Origin: Octopus sinensis
Taxonomy: Eukaryota
Reading direction: 5' to 3'
DNA: 64,000 bases
NCBI RefSeq assembly: GCF_006345805.1
Contig: NC_043005.1
Location: forward strand, 52,018,001-52,082,000
Part shown: positions 1-11,975 of the stretch, in pieces
How positions within the stretch are numbered: position 1 is the first letter of the stretch
How the letters are laid out: the number at the start of each line of letters is the position of its first letter
Made by a program: the position numbers and the translations under genes
The notes under the pieces: generated by a model
What the model was told of the DNA's origin: nothing
Database searches by the model: none
What the model saw: only the letters and a program-made list of their open reading frames with translations

Positions 1-61
1 AAGTAATCTTGCAAAATAGCAAACTGGCAGTATCATTATGAAGCTGAACAAAATGCTTAAT

Positions 62-243
62 GGCATATCGTCCGTCTTTACGTTCTGGGTTCAAATCCCG
101 CCGAGGTTGTCTTTGCCTTTCATCCTTTCATTTTTTCAGTGTCGATAAATTAAGTACCAATTAAGCACTGGGGGCGGGAGTTGGGTCCATGTAATCCACA
201 AACACTTGCCCAGAATTTCAGGCCTGGTTTCTAAAGTAGAGAG
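62..243 (+). mobile_element. tRNA-derived SINE, family A (5'-truncated)
   Basis: B-box-like GGTTCAAATCCC followed by GCCTTTCATCCTTT...GTCGATAAATTAAGTACC; same sequence recurs at 14206, 15120, 19835-20320, 26140, 32695, 55590. Confidence 0.8.
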
Positions 244-368
244 GATTAATATTTCAAACACAAGCACATACACACACAGAGATATGTGTGATTTGATATG
301 AGTTGATATGATATGCATGTATGCATGTACCAATATGAAATAAATGTATGCCCGCACACACACACACA

Positions 369-408
<40 letters not shown>

Positions 409-438
409 GTATATATATATATGTATATACATAAATAC

Positions 439-470
<32 letters not shown>

Positions 471-756
471 CTTTTTTTATATGTATATATCACATATGTG
501 CATTTATTATCTGTTTGTATATGTTTGTATAGACATTTATTTGCTTCCAGTTCTCAATTAGATGATTGCGGCGATATTGTTATACTGCTTGCAGGGTTCG
601 TAGTTTCATCATATTAATCTCGGTACTTATTTTAGCGCTGTATAGAATTTGTCGACCTGTATTTGTCGAATTGCCGGATGGAGGACATAAAGGACACGTG
701 TTTGTAACAATACACACTGTGATATGTATATGCGTACAATTGCATATAAGTGTCTA

Positions 757-888
757 TATATTCGAATGAGACTTTCGAAAACCGAAGTGGAGAAGGGTTC
801 CGTGCCAACGGCGGTCGAGCACGGGTCAGTCGGTCCTAAGAAGCGGGCGAAAACATCCACTAAAGGCGCCGGATCCGTCGAACAAGCA
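757..888 (+). rRNA. Dispersed 28S (LSU) rRNA fragment, non-functional copy
   Basis: ATATTCGAATGAGACTTTCGAAAACCGAAGTGGAGAAGGGTTCCGTGCCAACGGCGGTCGAGCACGGGTCAGTCGGTCCTAAG matches the conserved eukaryotic LSU block before expansion segment D7a; helix CCGTGC/GCACGG shows compensatory changes relative to vertebrate CCATGT/ACATGG; no other rDNA nearby. Confidence 0.85.
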
Positions 889-1368
889 TATGTATTAGTG
901 TGTCTCTGCTGTGTTTCTGCGTGAATATATGCGTGCATATATATATATATGGATGGATATGTACAGTGAGTTAAGTGCTCAAATGAATGTGAACTTAAAA
1001 TCTCAACATTATCATCCAGGGGAAGACCAGCTGTTATGGAGGTAGAAAGGTAGATAAATGCATTTAAGCCTGAGATATATATTTACATGGCGCATAGAGC
1101 ACATGAAGCAGAAGTTTTACTTATATTTATGGAGGTATGTGGAGGACTATTCGTACTTTGTAACAAACTAATTTCAGAAAAATGGCGCATAATATGCAGC
1201 GACTTCTTCAAATAATATATTTCAGGTTTGATATTGGAGTAACTTTCTCTTGGAATCTTTATGAGAACTAATGGATGTCTTTCTTCCTGTCGATACATAG
1301 AATGCTGGACACCAACTCTATGTTGAAAGGAATACCAATCTAAAAGAGAATTAACCTAAGGAAAGGTC

Positions 1369-1408
<40 letters not shown>

Positions 1409-1482
1409 CATCTTGATCTTTTCTGTTATTTTCTCGTTCCTCTTTTGCATCAACCTACACACACACACACACACACACAACA

Positions 1483-1553
<71 letters not shown>

Positions 1554-1556
<3 letters not shown>

Positions 1557-2051
1557 GGGTTGGACAAAATAATGGAAACACCTAATAATGGATATCTATA
1601 AAACCGTCAAAAGTTGTTATTTTTATGTATTTTGATTTATTATTAGTGTTGCTTAATATGTTTTGCTAAAATTGCTGTTTCTTTTCAGATATCATCTAAA
1701 GTGACGGATCTATCGGACTGTCAAAGAGGTCAAACAGTTGGTGCTCGTATGGCAGGCGCTAGAGTAACGAAAACAGGCGAAATGTTTGGTGTATCAAGAA
1801 GTACTGTCTCGAAAGTAATGACAGCCTTTGAGAAGGCGGGAAAGACTACGTCGAAACAAAACTCCGGAAGTAAAACAAAACTTTGAGATAGGGACCGTCG
1901 GATTCTTACGCGAATTGCTAGAAACGATCACATAACTACGGCACCCAAAATTACTGCAGAGGTAAATGACCACCTCGAGAACCCAGTTTCCACAAAAATG
2001 TTCGCTGGAGCTGCACAAAGCCGGATTTCACGGGAGGGCTGCAATCAGAAA
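1554..2051 (+). mobile_element. Tc1-like DNA transposon, 5' part (transposase pseudogene), cut by N gap
   Basis: TA|CAGGGGTTGGACAAAATAATGGAAAC terminus; translation DLSDCQRGQTVGARMAGARVTKTGEMFGVSRSTVSKVM...KL*DRDRRILTRIARNDH...PKITAEVN is a Tc1 paired-like HTH region; in-frame stop at 1884-1886. Confidence 0.9.
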
Positions 2052-2151
2052 NNNNNNNNNNNNNNNNNNNNNNNNNNNNNNNNNNNNNNNNNNNNNNNNN
2101 NNNNNNNNNNNNNNNNNNNNNNNNNNNNNNNNNNNNNNNNNNNNNNNNNNN
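2052..2151. other. Assembly gap (100 N)
   Basis: Run of exactly 100 N. Confidence 1.
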
Positions 2152-3015
2152 CCTTCCTCCCGCAACCTTCAGATCCTTCGGTGGGCAGCCATTGTTGCCC
2201 ACCTTTCTTTTTTTTTCCTTTTTTCGAGTAGTTCCACCTCCTCGACTTCTTCCTACTCTCCCTCCAATGAGAGAGCAGGCAGCGGTATCTATATCAACTG
2301 CTCTAGGACCTTATTTTGGTCCTTAGGGTAATTCTTTTTGATATGACCCAGTTCCAGGCACAGGTGACACTTGGTGGGGGGAGCCTCTCAAGCATCACCG
2401 GATACCTAGACCTGGCCATTATTAATAATCTGGAAATACCAGATTTTTGGCTGATTGGGTCCATATGGTCAAAACACCATTTGATCCCTCCCAATCAACC
2501 GCAGGCAGAATGTTCCCGTTTAGGAGCTTGGTACTGTTGCCACCCAGACCCCGGCAGATAGTATCCTCTATCCACTCGGGTTCAATTCCGGGTGGCAAAC
2601 CGCGGGCCCAAACCATCGTCAACTTCTTCCCACAATAAGTTTGAAGAAACAAAATTTTCTTGCTTTCTTTGAAATTATTAAAATAAAAAATCCCACGAAA
2701 TTAAACAGGAGCAGTTCTTCCAAATAATCGAGAATAACACAATTCTCAAATTAAATTGGAGACGGGATACGCCTCCAAACGGCAATTCTCACAATTAAGT
2801 AAGAAAAACAAAATGCTCTACTGCAGGTAGACCAACGCCCAGAATCTAGTGAGGACTCCTTGTTTGTACAAAAAATAATTATCACAAACAACGAGCCCCA
2901 CTGGACCCAAAAAGCAAAAAGTCTTACCTTACAGTAGAGCCTCTACAGGTGAGTGAAGAAAACTAAACGACCGGAACCGGAATACGAGCTTCTTACCACA
3001 CAAACGCTCCAGCGC
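2152..3015 (-). mobile_element. L1/Tx1-type LINE, ORF1 and probable 5' region, degenerate
   Basis: Minus strand 2328-2369 encodes CHLCLELGHIKKNY (CX2CX4HX4C knuckle, last C mutated), preceded by RGLPPGIEPEWIEDTI; frameshifts present. Confidence 0.65.
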
Positions 3016-3881
3016 CTATTTTATATATTATTTTTCTTATTTTATCAAATTTTCATTAGTATCATCCCTAAAGTCACGTTACGAAGTACTATTTTTAAAA
3101 TATTGTTTTCTTTTTACAAACTATGTTGCTATATGATTGCATATTAATATTTACGACATATGCAACATGTGTATCTGCGTTGAAATTAAAACAAATACAA
3201 CCTGAAAGGCGCACAGTAGACGTTCAAAATACAGAAAGACTGATAACTTTAATGAAATGAAACGTTTATTATTTGGCGTCTAAATTTTCGTTGCCGAAAT
3301 TACAACCTGGTCAATGATAAGGTTCCAATGCATCGAGTTTGGAGCGAGATTGTCGTAAATGTAAAAGTTTCAGGATTATATTCTTTTATCGTTCTAGGTA
3401 TCATTGTGTGGTGATAGTAAGACTAGGTCGCAATTGGTGAACCAAAATTCTTGACCTCATTCTTAATAACAAATATTTAAGTAAAGTTAACGATCTTTGA
3501 TGTGTTTTGAACGGCAAATATGTGCCTTTCACACTACATATCTAACGCTAGTTACATATTTAAAAAAATATAACTTTGCTAAACACACACCTTCATTTAT
3601 CTACTGTGTTGGAAAATAACATTTAAAAGAAGGTCCTCTCTTATTGATTTCTATGTGCAGGATGCAAAGTTACTGTATTTTGAAAGATAATGACGTACAC
3701 ACACAAATAGGTCATCGTAAAATAATTGAATAATGTACAACGGAGAAGATGAGAAGTAACTGCGACATACCTAAAATATTATATAGTTTTATACGCTTTT
3801 GTACGCATTCTACATGTATACAGAGCTCTCCGTGTTCTCTATGGTAACACATACGAATAAGCATTATAGTGTATACGCATA

Positions 3882-4272
3882 TCTCTCTATATATAAAGCT
3901 GGAGTTGTCTGTGTATGGCAGGTTTGGTAGCCTCCAACTAACACTATCTCCTCTGAGATCCTGCGGCACAAGTTGACCAAAATTGAGAGTATGATAGAAG
4001 AAGGCTTGCTCTTCCTTCCGTAGAAGAAAAAAATTCAAATCGGACCATCTTAACACCAAAAATTATTTACATCAAAAAGGTGCTTTTTTTCTATGAAAAT
4101 CCCTATATTTTACGATTTTTTCACTGCTGTGTCGCTATTTTTCGGTGAATTTCAACCAGAAAAATGTTCACTTAAAGAGAATAACAAGCTACATATGCAA
4201 AGTTTTTATTTTTCAAAAATTCCAATTCTAAATGGTCGAAACAAACTCGGGCAACGCCGGGTGATACTGCTA

Positions 4273-4273
<1 letters not shown>
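3882..4273 (+). mobile_element. Non-autonomous Helitron (~390 bp)
   Basis: 5' A|TCTCTCTATATATAAAG, 3' hairpin CTCGG-GCAACG-CCGGG followed by CTAG|T; sits between A and T with no TSD. Confidence 0.75.
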
Positions 4274-4306
<33 letters not shown>

Positions 4307-4368
4307 GCATATAGTGTGTGTGTGTATGGATATTTATAGATTAGCATATATTTTGCGAGGGAGAGAGA

Positions 4369-4453
<85 letters not shown>

Positions 4454-4607
4454 TATATATTTATACAAGATGTGCACCTTTTTTGGGACGGAAATAGGTG
4501 TTTATAATACAATGGTTAAAACAAAACTTGCCTCATACTGCTCCTGCTTATTCAAGTTAAAATAGTGAGAGGGCAAGAACGAAAAGTGAGAGGGTGACCT
4601 TCGTATG

Positions 4608-4619
4608 GTTATTATTATC

Positions 4620-4701
<82 letters not shown>

Positions 4702-4727
4702 GTAGTAGTAGTAATAGTAGTAGTATC

Positions 4728-4770
<43 letters not shown>

Positions 4771-4787
4771 TCAGTAGTAGCAGCAGC

Positions 4788-4824
<37 letters not shown>

Positions 4825-4848
4825 TTATCAGTAGTAGCAGCAGCAGTG

Positions 4849-4907
<59 letters not shown>
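4608..4907. repeat. Compound (TAT)n-(TAG)n-(CAG) microsatellite
   Basis: Directly visible. Confidence 0.95.
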
Positions 4908-4908
<1 letters not shown>

Positions 4909-5361
4909 TAGTTGTTATAGTAGACAACATCTCCGTGGAGGAGATGTTGTCCAATTAGTTACTATAAAACTGCCATCGTCGTCCCCAAACGAAAGAGGCC
5001 TGAGTGAAATGAAGTTCAAGAATGTTTTGAAATATGGTGAGATTCAGTTGAATAATTCATAGGTTATAGATAAATATTAAGATATGCAAATCTGTTATTC
5101 AAACTTTCTCTATCCGACACAATTTCCAGGCTCTCTCTCTCTTTCTTATACGCAAAGCACACACACACACACATATATATAGACAAGCACATAAGCATGC
5201 ACACACAGAGAAACATAAATTCCAATTCACACTGTAGATTAACAACGAATACACAAATAAGCGTAAGGATTACCTACAGTGATACGCAAAGATACACTCA
5301 CTTCACCTGATACACACATACCAACACGCACAGTTGTAAGAATACTCACATTCGCTTACAC

Positions 5362-5383
5362 ATCTATCTATCTATCTATCTAA

Positions 5384-5452
<69 letters not shown>
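5362..5452. repeat. (ATCT)n microsatellite
   Basis: Directly visible. Confidence 0.95.
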
Positions 5453-5454
<2 letters not shown>

Positions 5455-5620
5455 ATTCTGTTCATAGGCATACAACAAATAAGCGAGTATGTGTTCCTGT
5501 CATCATATTTTAAAAATAAAGTTAGTAAGCAGGAATAGGAAGCAATAGTGAGTGTCAGTAAATAATGGAAATACATGCTATATAAATATATTGTTTCTCA
5601 CCTTGTTTTTTTCTGTGTCC

Positions 5621-5656
5621 CTTTCTGTAGAAGTAGTTAGGCTCGAAACGTAAAAG
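5621..5656 (+). ncRNA. Degenerate hammerhead-like motif, family F1, in PLE-type terminal repeat (~5590-5747)
   Basis: CTTT-CTGTAGA-AGTAGTTAGGCTC-GAAAC-GTA-AAAG; helix II mutated relative to the 45345 copy. Confidence 0.45.
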
Positions 5657-5828
5657 ACTTTTTTCTATTCCTGAGCGTTATACTAATACATCTATTTGAT
5701 TTGTACACCACCTGTCTTCGTCTATTGTTTTTTTCGTAAACTCTGCCTATATATATATATATACAACTTAACAGAATGAGATAAAAATTCCAAGGCTGTG
5801 AATAGTTTCCAGAACATTTATAAAGAGG

Positions 5829-5874
5829 TCTTACGTCTGTTTCCGGGATATTTTACATATCCCTTCATCAGAGA
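5829..5874 (-). ncRNA. Minimal type-I hammerhead ribozyme, canonical core (family F2)
   Basis: Minus strand TCT-CTGATGA-A-GGGATAT-GTAAA-ATATCCC-G-GAAAC-AGAC-GTA-AGA: canonical CUGAUGA/GAAA, 7-bp helix II, 3-bp helix I, GUA triplet. Confidence 0.7.
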
Positions 5875-6185
5875 GGGTGCGAGAAAAGGTTTAAGTAATA
5901 GTTATTATAGAGAAGATATGAAATACAGAGTGAAATGGAGGAATAAAAACAGACGTGAAATACGTAACGATATTGTATTTGCAATTCCATTATTTAAGCA
6001 GAATGGCGTATATATATATGTTTCCTGTACCTTAATATATATACATATATAGACGTATACCTCCTGAAATTGTGAATCAAACTCATGCGTGATTGACATA
6101 CATACATACATACATACATACATACATACATACATAGATACATACATGCACACACAGACATACATACACACACACGCACACACAT

Positions 6186-6274
<89 letters not shown>

Positions 6275-6277
6275 GGG

Positions 6278-6612
6278 TAAGGGTTAAAAAAAGCCCTTCA
6301 GTCATGAATGACCATGGTATTGCATTAAGAAGGTCACACTCCAAGGCACAAGTCCGGGAAAGATTGTTTATGAAATACCAACAGTCATCCTTCCATACCA
6401 GCCTCCTCTCTCCATGCCATCGATGTTATCTAAAGGAAAGGTGAAGGCCAATATAGCTTAGCACTAGTGGCGTTGCAGCTCATTTCTACAGCTGAGCGAA
6501 CTGAAGCAACGTGAAATAAAGTGTCTTGCTCAAAATACAACGCGCGGCTCAGTCCGGGAATCGAACTAACTACCTCGTGATTATGATCCCGACGCTCTAA
6601 CCCTCGAGCCAT
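6278..6612 (-). mobile_element. tRNA-derived SINE, family C
   Basis: tRNA-like head (GTTCGATTCCCGG on minus); body is the reverse complement of 37145-37420. Confidence 0.75.
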
Positions 6613-6629
6613 ATGTTGATATATATCGA

Positions 6630-7330
6630 GTGTAAGCAGCTTGTTAGCTTCAAGCATTCCCTGCCTTCTAAGTTTATCTAGGTCGACGGTACAGATAACA
6701 AATTTGTGGTCTGTGTAGCCGGCCAGTTTGTAAAGTGGGCAACTTATACTATCTTTATCTACCGGCCTACAGACTACCCTGTCAAGATATGACCTGGACG
6801 ACGCGGTACGATTCGTCCATGTCCACATTGGCATATCCAGGAAATCCAGTCGATGCCTGTCAGATAGTTGGAAATATATGGCCATTTTTACAGGGCTTTA
6901 ACCACCCACTCTTCTATCCGCCAGCCCCATACAGTCGAGACGTGGCTCTAAGACGGTGCTTCAGTCACCCACTAACACTAAAGGTCGAGACGTTCCTAGA
7001 AAAACCTCCAGATGTCTGAAGAAATTTGACTCTCTTGCTCCTGTCGGAGCATAAACAGCCACCAGTCTGACGGCACCCCCGTCACTACTGTTTATATTCA
7101 GGACCACCAAATTACTTTCTGGGCCCAGGAAGATAATCCTTATTTTGAGATTTTGGCCTCTGTGGATCAACACCGCACATTCCACCTCCCATTCCTCGTT
7201 GACATGGAGATAAACATATCTCGTATGCACCGAAAATGGACACGAAATCTTGTCGGTCGGAAAGTCTAGTTTCACTAATGGCCACTACATCGGTACTTAG
7301 TGACTTGAGGTAGTTGAACAGATGCCCTTG
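6630..7330 (-). mobile_element. L1/Tx1-type LINE ORF2 APE endonuclease fragment
   Basis: Minus-strand motifs in order LKSLSTDVVAISETRL, RLVAVYAP, LVLVGD*, WTWTN..SRSYLDRV, YTDHK; frameshifts and stops. Confidence 0.85.
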
Positions 7331-8152
7331 TTTCTAAGGCAACCCAAGTCTACATGTATTTAAACTGCTTACTCTGTACAGGGTCATAGAATAAAGTATA
7401 CAAGCGGAAAAGATTACTTTGTACGACTTTAAAATATGTTGGTGTGATATTTTTCGGTGTGACAAAGTCGGCGTGCATGATGTCTATATGGTTATATATG
7501 TGATCCATTAGTTTTCTATTGTTGGCGTCTATTGCTGTATAGTTCGAAATGATTGACTTTTGCTGATGCTAAGATGTGCTATCTGAGAGTTGTGTGTGTA
7601 AATTGTATTATGCTTGTGATGGTGGTGTTTGTGATAGTGGTGTTGATTATGGTAGTGTTGGAGATGATGTTGACCGTACTGGTGTGGCTGCAGTTGGGGG
7701 AAGACTCAATATATACAATAATTTTGGAAACCTTTGCTTGTCCCGTGTATCACATGTAATACACAGGACATATATACCCTTGGCGTCCGCTCATCATACA
7801 TAATACACATTACGAATATTTTTCAAACACTAGAGCAACTGAAAACATATGAAAGGAATTTTTTATATCACATAGAGCATTAAAATCAAGGGCTAATTGA
7901 ACGTTTGGAAAACAAATATGGGCATTTAGGATAAACTTAAGAAACTGCTCTGCATATGCAAACGGTTAAATTTCTACAAATTGGAAGATAAAAACAAGTG
8001 GATAAAATATTTCGAAAGAGATCTGTAGGTGTGGTTACAATTCATTACCTAATTACCTGCATAGCAATTCATACGTAAGTGAATGTAAAAGGAAAAACAT
8101 CTCAGCAAAGATGATTTTAAAATTATATCGATTGCTAATATACGTATATATA

Positions 8153-8482
8153 GGCATAGGAGTGGCTGTGTGGTAAGTAGCTTGCTTACGGACCACATGG
8201 TCCCGGGTTCAATCCCACTGCGTGGCACCTTGGGCAAGTATGTTCTTGAGAGTGGATTTGGTACACGGAAACTGAAAGAAGCCTGTCGTATATATGTGTG
8301 TGTGTGTTTGCCCCATCCCCAACATCGCTTAACAACCGATGCTGATAACCTAGCGGTTCGGCAAAAGAGACCGATAGAATAAGTACTAGGCTTACAAAGA
8401 ATAAGTCCTGGGGTCGATTTGCTCGACTAAAGTCGGTGCTCCAGCATGGCCGCAGTCAAATGACTGAAACAATTAAAAGAGT
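8153..8482 (+). mobile_element. tRNA-derived SINE, family B (internally deleted)
   Basis: Head GGAGTGGCTGTGTGGTAAG...GGTTCAATCCC, CCTTGGGCAAG block, tail CAGTCAAATGACTGAAAC; matches 50493-50908. Confidence 0.9.
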
Positions 8483-9164
8483 ATACATGAAACAAATTCA
8501 CTGTACTGGAATAAAATAGGGAGAACATGTATACAAATAGCTATCGAACTTTTCATGAATCCAATACTGTCTTAAAGAGAAAAAAACATATCAAGTATAT
8601 CCTGCTTGTCCTTCGGAGCAACGAGGACCATCTAGACATTCTATGACGACTGATGATTTGAGCGGTGCCTGATGATTTGAGAAGAGTTGCGCGCCATCAA
8701 ACCTAGTCTCTTGTTCGTGACAGTCTTTGATCTAGTGGCAGGACAGATCATAATGACTGAATAGAGAAGAATTCAGAGGATGACCAAAATGTCTTCCTTG
8801 TTTCATCTTGTTGCTTTCACTCTACAATGAGTTACTGCAGCCGCCTTACTTTCCATTGGACGACGAAGGTTTCTTTCGCAGAGTACACAAGATCAAGGCT
8901 TCCGTTGGATGGATATGCAAGCCCTAATATGCTTATTAACTCATAAGCGGGACCCTAGAAGATGCTACTACACCAGACCAGTGTACACCCGGCAAAGATA
9001 GTGGCTAAAAAGTGGTTTCACACGCCTCAAAGACGTGTGGCTCTAGATCCACTACTAGATGTAGTTTAGAATCACTACCAGGAATAGAATAGAGGCAACG
9101 GGAACGTCTTTTATCGCGTATTAACTCCATCAGGCGTTGAACTGAGAATAAACAACAATAGAAA

Positions 9165-9239
9165 TATATGTATGTTTGCATGTATATAGATATATATATA
9201 TATATATTATATATATATATATTATATATATATATATAT

Positions 9240-9316
<77 letters not shown>

Positions 9317-9354
9317 ATATATATATATATATTATATATATATATGTATGTTGT

Positions 9355-9386
<32 letters not shown>

Positions 9387-9550
9387 ATATATATATTATA
9401 TACATATATATATATATATATATTATATATATGTATATATATATATAATATATATATATATAATATATATATGTATGTATGTATAATATATATATATATA
9501 TATATATAATATAATATATTATATATATATATATATATATTATATTATAT

Positions 9551-9619
<69 letters not shown>

Positions 9620-9622
9620 GAT
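9165..9622. repeat. Long interrupted (TA)n microsatellite
   Basis: Directly visible; other long TA/CA/TACA tracts at about 18030-18330, 23880-24220, 27892-28050, 39050-39290, 61825-62040. Confidence 0.95.
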
Positions 9623-9705
9623 ATAACAATTGCAGGTGGAGGTGTTTATAAGCTATTTAAGAAACACACAAAAACCGTTAGATTCACTTCAACATTTAAA
9701 TTTAA

Positions 9706-9756
9706 TTTGTCAAAATATTTTCGTCGCTATGAAACCGCGACCTGTTCACTCACAAA
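9706..9756 (-). ncRNA. Hammerhead variant with G3-C8 core (F5, left arm)
   Basis: Minus: GTGAACA-G-GTCGC-GGTTTCATA-GCGAC-GAAA-ATATTT-TGACAAA; helix II intact, one mismatch in helix I. Confidence 0.55.
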
Positions 9757-9791
9757 ATTCTGTGCTGCAGCACAGAGATGCAGCACGGCAT

Positions 9792-9842
9792 TTTGTCAGT
9801 GAACAGGTCCTGGTCTGAAAGCGACGAAAATATTTTGACAAA
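9792..9842 (+). ncRNA. Hammerhead variant with G3-C8 core (F5, right arm)
   Basis: TTTGTCA-GTGAACA-G-GTCCT...GCGAC-GAAA-ATATTT-TGACAAA; 7-bp helix I intact, helix II partly mutated. Confidence 0.5.
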
Positions 9843-9980
9843 TTAAATTTAAATGTTGAAGTGAATCTAACGGTTTTGTGTGTTCTTTAAATGGCTTATA
9901 AACACCTTCCACGCTGCAATTGTTTTCGTTCCAGCACACGATTTCAGATCAGATCACTTGCTATGCAAGTACATCTCCGT

Positions 9981-10014
<34 letters not shown>

Positions 10015-10174
10015 GCATTTACCTACAGATAAATACATATATATATATACGTATATATATAAATAAATAAATACATGTATATATAATATATAAATAGACA
10101 GATAAATAGATAGATGAATAGATAGATACACATACACACACACGCTCACAGACACACGCGCACAGACACACGCG

Positions 10175-10205
<31 letters not shown>

Positions 10206-10673
10206 ACACACACACGCACACATACCAGCGTGTGTTTGTCCGTGTGTTTGGGTGTGTATGTTGTTTCGAATTTTTGTCATTCGGATATAGGTCCCGTGCT
10301 ATTATTGTTGTTCTCCCCATAATTCTAGTTTATATTTGTTATCTTTATGTTTTTCGCGCCCTCTTTGTAAATGTTGTACATAGTTTGTATAGCTGGATTT
10401 TCGATGTTTGTCAACGTTCGTTTAATGTAATATATATCAACGAAATGTCGTGGGGTTGGCCTCAACGCAACGCGTAACGAAAAATGCATAGGTCATCCAC
10501 AGTTCACACACACATGCACACACACACACATACGCACACACATACACACACGCAGAGTTAATACTGTTTATTAGTCTTTAGTGTGTGATTGACTTCCCAA
10601 ACAAATACACATCTTATGTGCTATGTTTGATATACCTACATAGTCTCCATACATTTATTCAAACACATATGTA

Positions 10674-10742
<69 letters not shown>

Positions 10743-10781
10743 AAGAGTAGAGATATATATACATATATGCTGTATATATAT

Positions 10782-10814
<33 letters not shown>

Positions 10815-11653
10815 TATATATATGCATGTATGTATGTATGTGTATGTATATGTATGTATATGTATATAACTATATGTATATAAGTATATATATATATACA
10901 TACATACATACATACATACACAGGTATATATGTTTGTAATACACATACATATATTTAGGCATATATATATATCCATGCATCTGTATATGTTTGAATGCTG
11001 TCTGCCAATCTGCCCTGTTTTTCATCACTCCAACTAACGTACATCTTGATCTAATGTCTGTATGCCTATGCACATTGTTTGATACCATACGGAAATGCTT
11101 TTTAGAAGAGTCAAGCTCTTACCTACGAACGAAACTGTTTTTCACTTTAAATAAACATCCATCGAGCCAAAGCTACGGTTGTTTCGTTATGTGTATTTAG
11201 AGAAACGACAATTTGTGATTTCTGGCGATCTCATAGAACAGTTACTTTACCGGAAGAATCTTACCAAAAGTGACAGTAAAAGGTTGTTTTGGAGCAAGAA
11301 CTGTTGGAGTAATTTCCGGCATTTTCCATTCTTAATATGTGATAACGTCTAATGATCTGAAAACTTCTTGCTGTATACAATTTAGCAAGCTGGTGGGGGT
11401 AGGAGGGGGAGGCAGTGAGTGAATGATCTTGGATCTGATCAGACTCAGATTAGCCGAACAAATTTTTGCAGAAGAATCATTTTAGAGAGGCATTTCAATT
11501 TAAATTAACTGAATAGTTAAATGTGAAAGATTGATAAATGTTCCTTATATTTTGTAGCTACAAAGAAATGTTGAGGGGAGACGAAGAATTTGACAGCTTT
11601 TGTCTTACACTAAAAGGGTTCTTTAATGAATGATTAAATTCAGTTTTGTTTGA

Positions 11654-11975
11654 GGAAGGGCGCTTGGCTTAGTGGTCAAAGTGTTCGGCTCAAGATCGTT
11701 AGGTCGTGAGTTCGATTTCCCAGCAGTGTGTTGTGTCATTGAGCAAGACAATTTATTTCTCGTTGCTCCAGTTCACTTAGTAGGAGGAATGAATTGTACC
11801 TGTAATTCAAAGATCCAAACTTGTCACACTCTGTGTCCTGCCAAATCTCTTTGATATCTACGCTAAGTGTATGAGCGTCTGTGGTGCGCTCAGCGACTTG
11901 CACGTTAATTACACCAGCTGATTGTTCCGCTAATCGGATCAAATCGAACGCATGTCATTGTAACCAGTGGAGAGC
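11654..11975 (+). mobile_element. tRNA-derived SINE, family D (diverged)
   Basis: TGGCTTAGTGG A-box, GAGTTCGATTTCC B-box, TTGAGCAAGACA block; similar to 33646-33975. Confidence 0.8.

Larger units (their letters stand above)
9626..9980. mobile_element. Fold-back element F5 (~298-bp palindrome plus ~55-bp asymmetric end) with a hammerhead-like motif in each arm
   Basis: 9626-9923 is self-complementary; second copy in opposite orientation at 58801-59123 shares the asymmetric extension. Confidence 0.85.

Noticed and set aside
8600-9110. Moderately GC-rich stretch, possibly a LINE remnant or exon
   Set aside because: No motif or sustained open frame recognised on either strand
11201-11282. Possible 82-nt exon (KRQFVISGDLIEQLLYRKNL...)
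   Set aside because: Weak donor (GTTGTT) and no recognisable homology
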